Shown: positions 58,120 to 64,000 of the stretch, in pieces | Position numbering within the stretch: the first letter of the stretch is position 1 | How the letters are laid out: the number at the start of each line of letters is the position of its first letter | Assembly (NCBI GenBank): GCA_040217195.1 | Contig: JAVJNR010000002.1 | Location: 128,001 to 192,000, forward strand | Source of the DNA: Leptospiraceae bacterium | GTDB taxonomy: Bacteria > Spirochaetota > Leptospiria > Leptospirales > Leptonemataceae | Length of the DNA: 64,000 bases | Direction of reading: 5' to 3' | The notes under the pieces: model-generated | Seen by the model: the letters and a program-made list of their open reading frames with translations, nothing else | The model's database searches: none | What the model was told of the DNA's origin: nothing | Program-made: the position numbers and the translations under genes

Positions 58120-58794
58120 ATGGAACGTAGAAAAAGATATAAGCGTCCACTTTCATTGATCCTGATTGGTTTGTTGTTCCTACTATTTCCTGTGTGGAAC
58201 TATTTTTCCATCTGCATCATGTCCGGATATCCCTACCAGCGTCCGCTCTATGTATTCAGCAAAATGGATCCGGTTGTTGCTCTATTGATGATACTTTCTT
58301 TTGCGGTGGGCGTAGGACTTCTACTGGTAAAGCGATGGGGCTGGAGACTGTTTTTTGTTTTTGCGGCACTGCTTCTGGGCTACAACGTCTGGGCTGTATT
58401 TTCTTTACCGGACTACTGGTTGAATATGCTCTATTTGCTCTATAGCGTGCTGGGCCTCGGTGCGGCGGTGTACTTTCTGCGGCCGGACATTTCTACTCCC
58501 TTTATGAAGATGTATCCCCGGGGCTGGAGATTCGAAAAGAGAATCCCGGTTCACCAAAAGATTCGGCTAAATGGTCAGGATTTTGAAACCAGAGATATAA
58601 GCACTCGCGGATTCTACATCGATTGGCCCAATTGCAACCTTGAAGTGGGTCAGGAAGTGGAAGTGGAAATCGATGGAATGCTATTAAAGGCTGGTATTGT
58701 AAGAATTGATGATAATGGAGCAGGGATGGCCTTTAGATACCAGAGACCGGAAAGCAGAAAAACGATTCGAAATCTTCTGGCTGCAGGAGCTTGA
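58120..58794 (+). CDS. Membrane protein with C-terminal PilZ (c-di-GMP-binding) domain
   Basis: About 4 TM, then RFEKR (RxxxR) and DISTRG (DxSxxG), VR....G.G..F. Confidence 0.85.
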   Translation: MERRKRYKRPLSLILIGLLFLLFPVWNYFSICIMSGYPYQRPLYVFSKMDPVVALLMILSFAVGVGLLLVKRWGWRLFFVFAALLLGYNVWAVFSLPDYWLNMLYLLYSVLGLGAAVYFLRPDISTPFMKMYPRGWRFEKRIPVHQKIRLNGQDFETRDISTRGFYIDWPNCNLEVGQEVEVEIDGMLLKAGIVRIDDNGAGMAFRYQRPESRKTIRNLLAAGA

Positions 58795-59391
58795 TTAGCT
58801 CAGGTCTTTCTTCATATAATCTGTGGACTGACCTGCTCCTTCGTCCAGCCGGATGAGAAGGTTTTCCGGAACCGTCTCAATAATGAGCTGATCAAAGGTT
58901 TCCCGCTTCAGGAATTGCTGCTTCACCATTTGCAGCAGAAAGCGCTTTAGACCATCGTAGTATTCGGAGGAGTTATAGAGGGCCACCGGCTTATCATGAA
59001 TGCCCAGCTGCAGCCATGTAAATACTTCAAAGAATTCCTCCATTGTTCCGATTCCACCTGGCAGTACAATGAAGCCCTGGCTCAGCTCAGCCATCATGGC
59101 CTTTCGCTCATGCATGGATTTTACCACCCGGAGTTCAGTAATCTTTTCCTGGGCCAGTTCTCGCGCTGCCAGGGATTCGGGGATTACGCCAACCACTTCT
59201 CCGCCCGCGGCCATTGCCTCGGCGGCAACAATACCCATCAGACCTACACTGCCTCCGCCGTAGATAATCTTGATGCCATTTTCGGCCAGCAAACGAGCCA
59301 GTTCTCCGGCCTTTTGAGCGAATAAAGGGTCCACTCCATGGTTGGATCCGCAGAAGATACAAAGAGAGTTCAGGTTCTTTAGTTCAGTCAT
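58795..59391 (-). CDS. LOG family (TIGR00730-type) nucleotide phosphoribohydrolase
   Basis: CIFCGS, YGGGSVGLMG, MHERK..M, LPGG.GT.EE..E..TW.QLGIH.KP. Confidence 0.95.
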   Translation of the reverse strand: MTELKNLNSLCIFCGSNHGVDPLFAQKAGELARLLAENGIKIIYGGGSVGLMGIVAAEAMAAGGEVVGVIPESLAARELAQEKITELRVVKSMHERKAMMAELSQGFIVLPGGIGTMEEFFEVFTWLQLGIHDKPVALYNSSEYYDGLKRFLLQMVKQQFLKRETFDQLIIETVPENLLIRLDEGAGQSTDYMKKDLS

Positions 59392-59447
59392 GGTATTTCC
59401 GTTTCTTGCAATACTCTAGAACAACAAATCAGGATTTCGCAATGGCG

Positions 59448-59479
59448 AAAAAAGAGGCCCCCTGCAGGCGGCCTCTTTT
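59448..59479 (-). terminator. Intrinsic terminator after efp and the acyltransferase gene (A/T runs on both sides)
   Basis: AAAAAAGAGGCC-CCCTGCAGGC-GGCCTCTTTT. Confidence 0.75.
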
Positions 59480-59511
59480 CAAAAAATCAGTGAGCTTTGC
59501 TCCAGTTAAAA

Positions 59512-60672
59512 TCACTCGGTCAGGGTCTTAAAATCCTTCGCAAAGGCAGTCGCAAGTACAGGAAGCTCCTGACCTATACCTTTCAAAGAATCCATGCTCA
59601 ATCGCTGAGAGGTCTTGCCCGGTCCAAAATCCACTATATGGGATACGGCCGGATTATGGCTGGCAGCGGCTGCCATGGGCTTTTCCCAGTACAGAGTTTT
59701 AAGCACCATGTCTGTGGCCAGACCCAGAGGCATATCGGCTTCTTGCTGATAATTGCGCTGATCAAAGAAGGAATAGATAGGAAAATTCAATTGGCTTCCC
59801 TGATAGTCGAATCCAATGCGTTCCAGATCCTTCTTAAAAAGAGGCATCATGGGCTCCATAAGTGGGCTGTGAAAAGGACAGGTAGTTCGCAGGTAAACGA
59901 ACTTGATCTTCTTTTCTTCGAAGGCATCCTTATTGGATTCGTGAAACTGAATGAGGCTACCTCGGTGTGAAGAAAGGATTCTATTATTTGGTGAGTTGTA
60001 CAGACTAATATAGATCTTCTTGTCTTCCGGAAGCTTTTCATTTTCCTTCTTAACCAGATCTTCTATGTATGCATGCTCTTCGCCCAGAACGGCAACCATG
60101 GGTGCGGGATTCGCGGCGCCCAGTTCTTCAGCTTTTTTTGCCTCTTCAGGTGTTGGATCGAAGAAAGGAAAAACTTCCTGGCTGCGAACACCAATGTACA
60201 GAACATATTTGGTGTATTTCTTAACCGCTTCCAGATAGGAGTCCCCTTCCAGTCCCAGAGAAATAAGTGTGGATGGAATCAAACCCTGGCTGTGTCCGCT
60301 ACCGCCCACTGTGGCCTTGACCAGAGACGGTCGATCATAGCCGGCTTGAGTCAAAGCTTCAAAGTGTGCAAGCTGGGTCATCTGAATCATAGGGATGGAA
60401 ACTGCTGCACATCCCAGGTAGTCTTCACTGGGAATAGTGCTTTCATCTTCGAGCCACTTTCGCGGATCCAGTCCATGAGGAAGACCCGGAGTCCCGTTCA
60501 CAATTGATGCCTCTTCTTCCAGAGCACTAATTGCCGCGTCGAAAAAAGGTTTCATTTCCCCTGCATCGTAATATTTCTTTAATTCCTTGTACCAGGGGGC
60601 TCCCTGACCTCCAAACTGCACAAATAAGCCTGGTTTCTCCAGTGCTTGTTGAAGTAATTGTGGTTTTGCCAT
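59512..60672 (-). CDS. Stand-alone acyl-CoA:ACP acyltransferase resembling the starter acetyltransferase domain of fungal/CMN type I FAS
   Basis: FGGQG, GHSQG nucleophile, IGVRS, ISLYN, PFHS, DFGPG. Confidence 0.85.
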   Translation of the reverse strand: MAKPQLLQQALEKPGLFVQFGGQGAPWYKELKKYYDAGEMKPFFDAAISALEEEASIVNGTPGLPHGLDPRKWLEDESTIPSEDYLGCAAVSIPMIQMTQLAHFEALTQAGYDRPSLVKATVGGSGHSQGLIPSTLISLGLEGDSYLEAVKKYTKYVLYIGVRSQEVFPFFDPTPEEAKKAEELGAANPAPMVAVLGEEHAYIEDLVKKENEKLPEDKKIYISLYNSPNNRILSSHRGSLIQFHESNKDAFEEKKIKFVYLRTTCPFHSPLMEPMMPLFKKDLERIGFDYQGSQLNFPIYSFFDQRNYQQEADMPLGLATDMVLKTLYWEKPMAAAASHNPAVSHIVDFGPGKTSQRLSMDSLKGIGQELPVLATAFAKDFKTLTE

Positions 60673-60700
60673 TGATCTGTCCTGTGCTCCGGTAATCCGG

Positions 60701-61264
60701 TTATTTGTTTACGCGCTCCACAAAGGATAGGTCGCGAAGGTCAATCTTAACGATATCACCCTGCTTAATATGGATAGGAACATTTACTTCACCGCCGGTT
60801 TCCACGGTGACTCGTTTCTTTGCAGTGCCCTGAGTATCCCCTTTCAGACCTTCTTCTGCATAGGTAACTTCCAGTTCTACGAAGTTAGGAGGTGATACGG
60901 AAACAGGATTTCCTTCATAGAAGTTCACCTCGAAGGACATCTCTTCCTTGATGAAGTCCAGAATGTCCTCCAGCATATCCTTGGCGATGTTCACCTGCTC
61001 GAAATCATCTTGATCCATGAAAACAATCTGGTCGCCATCGGCATAGAGATACTGCATGTAACGCTTCTCAAGATCCACATCTTCAATGGACTCCGAGGAC
61101 TTGAAGGTACGTTCCAGCACACGTGCTGTACTGATGCTCTTCAGCTTGGTTCGTACAAAGGCGCTGCCCTTTCCCGGATTGACAAACTGCGAAAATGTAA
61201 CCGTGTACAGCTCGTTATCAAGCTTGACCACGGTGCCCTTTTTGAGATTTATAGGGTCGATCAT
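60701..61264 (-). CDS. efp: Translation elongation factor P
   Basis: PGKGSAFVRTKLK, MQYLY.DG, KGDT, ETG....VP..I..GD...ID.R...FVER. Confidence 0.97.
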   Translation of the reverse strand: MIDPINLKKGTVVKLDNELYTVTFSQFVNPGKGSAFVRTKLKSISTARVLERTFKSSESIEDVDLEKRYMQYLYADGDQIVFMDQDDFEQVNIAKDMLEDILDFIKEEMSFEVNFYEGNPVSVSPPNFVELEVTYAEEGLKGDTQGTAKKRVTVETGGEVNVPIHIKQGDIVKIDLRDLSFVERVNK

Positions 61265-62402
61265 GCCGGGTACAGTTTTCGATCAACCCCTTACCGTCCA
61301 ACAAAAATTGGAGGCCAGTGATTGGCTGTGGCAAATGCAGAACCGTGCCAGGACCATGGAAGATATCTTCAGGTTGCGCCCGGAACTGCTAGGTACGCCT
61401 CTGGAAATGGAGATTCGTAACCGTGCTCAGGCATTTGCATCGGCTTCCAAAGCCTTTCGATTTGCCGTTACTCCCTATTATCTATCCCTGGCTTCAGCGC
61501 AGCATCTATGTCCTGTGTGGCAGCAAATCTTGCCCGATGAAAGGGAGGCCAGCGATGCTCTTTTCTCAGATCCGGATCCTTTATCCGAAGAAAAGCATAT
61601 GCCTGTGCCGGGTTTGACTCATAGATATCCGGACCGGGCCCTATGGTATCTGTCCCATAATTGCGCAGTATATTGTAGATTTTGCATGCGAAAGAGAAAA
61701 GTAAGTCGCTCAGAATCTGCGCCAGGATTGAATCAAAGGAAAGGGGCAATTGAATACATTCGAAACCATCCTGAAATTCAGGAAGTCATACTTTCCGGTG
61801 GAGATCCCCTAAGCCAATCCGATGAAATTATTGCCTGGTGCCTGGAACAGTTGAGAGATATATCGCATATTGCATCCCTTAGAATTCATACCAGAATGCC
61901 AGTTACCTGTCCGCAGAGAATCACTGGCAGTTTCTGCGACATGCTGGAGTCCCATGGTCCGATTACAGTGATTACTCATTTTAATCATCCGGATGAAATT
62001 AGTGCCCGGGCCATCGAAGCTTTGAAAAAGATCCGAAAGTCCGGTAGTTTGATCTTGAACCAATCGGTGCTTCTAAAGGGAATAAATGATGATCCAGAAA
62101 TCCAGAAGGCTTTGAATCTAAATCTACTCAGGGTTGGAGTTAAGCCATACTATATTCATCAATGCGATGAGGTTCAGGGAGTTTCTCATTTTCGAGTAAA
62201 CCTGGCTCGGGGCATTGAAATTCAAAAAGCAATCCGAGGTCGCATCCCTGGACCGGCTCTTCCTTTGTATGTGATCGATCTTCCTGGCGGCGGAGGCAAG
62301 GTGCCGGTGGATAGCTCCTATTTTAAGGGATCCAGTTTTCAGTCGCCGGAGTTTGAAAATTTTGCAGGAAAAACATTCTACCCGGTGGGAGACGATTTTT
62401 GA
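61263..62402 (+). CDS. epmB: Lysine 2,3-aminomutase family radical SAM enzyme (EF-P beta-lysylation, EpmB/KamA-like)
   Basis: DW.WQ..NR, TPYY, DPL.E, HRYPDR, CAVYCRFCMR, LSGGDPL, HFNHP.E, NQSVLLKG, DLPGGGGK; divergent from efp; start ATG 61263 or TTG 61308. Confidence 0.88.
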   Translation: MPGTVFDQPLTVQQKLEASDWLWQMQNRARTMEDIFRLRPELLGTPLEMEIRNRAQAFASASKAFRFAVTPYYLSLASAQHLCPVWQQILPDEREASDALFSDPDPLSEEKHMPVPGLTHRYPDRALWYLSHNCAVYCRFCMRKRKVSRSESAPGLNQRKGAIEYIRNHPEIQEVILSGGDPLSQSDEIIAWCLEQLRDISHIASLRIHTRMPVTCPQRITGSFCDMLESHGPITVITHFNHPDEISARAIEALKKIRKSGSLILNQSVLLKGINDDPEIQKALNLNLLRVGVKPYYIHQCDEVQGVSHFRVNLARGIEIQKAIRGRIPGPALPLYVIDLPGGGGKVPVDSSYFKGSSFQSPEFENFAGKTFYPVGDDF

Positions 62403-63115
62403 TACATTTCATTCTCCTAACCGGCGGCACCGGTAGTCGAATGAACTCCGACCGGCCAAAGCAGTTTCTCATCCTGGGAGGCATTCCAGTGATGGAACAC
62501 AGCATTCGCGCCTTCTGCAGCATTGATGAAGGGCTACGCGGAGGGATGGTGCTTGTTTCACATAAAGACTATCAAAAGCAGGCTCTGGCCATTGCTCAAA
62601 AACACAAAGGCAACCTTGGATTTCTTGAAATCACAGAGGGAGGTTCCACGCGACATGCATCCACTCGAAAGGGAATCGCTGCTCTTAAATCCCGGGTTTC
62701 TGCTGAAGACATCATTATGATTCACGATGGAGCACGGCCTATGCTCACGTCCCAGGAGATTGAATCCTTGTTCTTTCGCCTACAGGAAGACCCGGCAGCC
62801 ATGTGCGCTACCCTGGCTGCTCCGGCCACAGAAACCTATGCAATGGCAAACTCCATGAAAGAGCCCATTTCCGAGGTGCCGGATAGGTCCAGGCTATTTG
62901 CCATCAAAACTCCACAGGCTATGCGAGGGAATTTAATCGAATCATTTCTAAAATCGAAGGAAGATCATTATACAGATCTAATATCCTGGTCACTGTCTCA
63001 GAAGCTAGCTTCTGTCCTGGTTCCTGCCTCAGAAAAGAATATTAAGCTAACCCGGCCCGGAGATTTGACTTTGATGGAATCCTTGCTTTCGCCGGACGAA
63101 AGGAAAGGTCTATAA
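62399..63115 (+). CDS. ispD: IspD/TarI cytidylyltransferase
   Basis: GG.GSRM....PKQF, GG.TRH.S, IHDGARP, TPQ, NIKLT.P.DL. Confidence 0.85.
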   Translation: MIHFILLTGGTGSRMNSDRPKQFLILGGIPVMEHSIRAFCSIDEGLRGGMVLVSHKDYQKQALAIAQKHKGNLGFLEITEGGSTRHASTRKGIAALKSRVSAEDIIMIHDGARPMLTSQEIESLFFRLQEDPAAMCATLAAPATETYAMANSMKEPISEVPDRSRLFAIKTPQAMRGNLIESFLKSKEDHYTDLISWSLSQKLASVLVPASEKNIKLTRPGDLTLMESLLSPDERKGL

Positions 63116-63127
63116 TAGGTTCAGTCC

Positions 63128-63676
63128 ATGCCAGAGCAGCGAACTTTTATAGCGCTTACAATTCCGGATCATGTAATCCAGAGACTTGGTGGATTGCAGA
63201 CGGGCCTTCCGGATGTAAGATGGACACCTCCGGATCAAATGCATATCACCTTGAAATTTCTGGGCGAAGTTAGCGATGACTCCTTGGAGGATTTATCTTC
63301 GCTTCTTGAAGAAATGCGTTTCACCGCCCCCGGGATTCGCATTGCAGGCCTGGGGTACTTTGCGCAGAGAAAATCTCCTCCGGTCCTATGGGCAGGCCTG
63401 GAACCGGAAGATCCAATTCAAGAGATACATAGAGTTATCGAAAGCAGTACCGGCAAGCTGGGGTTTGCTAAAGAGAAACGAAACTATCGTCCTCATATCA
63501 CTCTTGGTCGACTCCGGCGATCGAACCCCAGGAGGTTACAGGAATATCTGGAGCTCCATCATCTATTCAATACAGAAGATTTTTTCTGCCAGGAACTGGT
63601 GCTGTTTACCAGTCGGCTGACTCCAGACGGAGCCCTGCATGAACCGGTGGTTGCTCTGGATTTGTCCGATGCGTAG
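63128..63676 (+). CDS. thpR: RNA 2',3'-cyclic phosphodiesterase (2H phosphoesterase)
   Basis: RTFIAL, HITLKFLG, PHITLGR, S.L...G. Confidence 0.92.
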   Translation: MPEQRTFIALTIPDHVIQRLGGLQTGLPDVRWTPPDQMHITLKFLGEVSDDSLEDLSSLLEEMRFTAPGIRIAGLGYFAQRKSPPVLWAGLEPEDPIQEIHRVIESSTGKLGFAKEKRNYRPHITLGRLRRSNPRRLQEYLELHHLFNTEDFFCQELVLFTSRLTPDGALHEPVVALDLSDA

Positions 63677-63858
63677 CTGGATACAGGGTTAAGAAAGCAA
63701 AGCAATACCTGGAATTGCAAGAGATACCGGTCATAGAAGTAGAGGCCGGAGTTGGCCCTTTATTAAAAACCCTGGTACGTTTCAAAATCATTGGCCGTCT
63801 ATTCATCATAAGATTACTATGTGAATCTGCAGTATTCTGAACGCAGCGCAAGAGTGTC

Positions 63859-64000
63859 ATGGAACCAATGGTTAGGTACAGTGCTACGAGGCCGTCCCCC
63901 CGGATTCTGGTAGTTGAAGATGATCCGGTGGTGGCACTGGACATCAAAAAGAAGCTTGAGTCGCTGGGTTACTCCATCGCAGGGATCAGTGAAACCGGTC
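63859..64000 (+). CDS. Response-regulator receiver domain protein, truncated at the window edge
   Basis: MEPMVRYSATRPSPRILVVEDDPVVALDIKKKLESLGYSIAG. Confidence 0.85.
   Translation, partial: MEPMVRYSATRPSPRILVVEDDPVVALDIKKKLESLGYSIAGISETG

Noticed and set aside
61086..61262. N-terminal extension of epmB given in the ORF track
   Set aside because: It is antisense to the efp coding sequence, and KamA-like similarity begins only after 61263

Overview
Gene-dense, roughly 50% GC bacterial chromosome segment with about 58 protein-coding genes. The mix of lipoproteins, PilZ-type proteins, a free-standing FAS-type acyltransferase and the rpmB/efp sequences suggests a free-living Leptospiraceae-like spirochaete; this is inference and was not checked by search. 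Most genes are housekeeping: ilvC, argG, sixA, mrfB-mrfA, mnmG, lipB, pcm, rpmB-nth-recG-crcB-pepA, a class A PBP, a DEAD-box helicase, hemJ, corA, efp/epmB, ispD and thpR. There is also a TetR-AlkB/XylM-ferredoxin reductase operon. I saw no rRNA, tRNA, transposase, integrase, phage gene or CRISPR array. Most notable: (1) a MoxR-like AAA+ ATPase paired with an uncharacterised TraB/YehM-like putative metalloprotein; (2) an ATP-grasp ligase fused to an FMN alpha-hydroxy-acid dehydrogenase; (3) an ~8-unit degenerate 39-44 bp repeat array just after the MrfB-MrfA nuclease/helicase; (4) a class A PBP with an N-terminal zinc ribbon; (5) an Fe-ADH homologue lacking its metal ligands; (6) a stand-alone fungal-FAS-like acetyltransferase; (7) two genes that appear to need non-canonical starts (CTG for nth, ATC for a beta-barrel); (8) a probably leaderless, autoregulated tetR. 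All calls come from reading motifs by eye, with no database searches.
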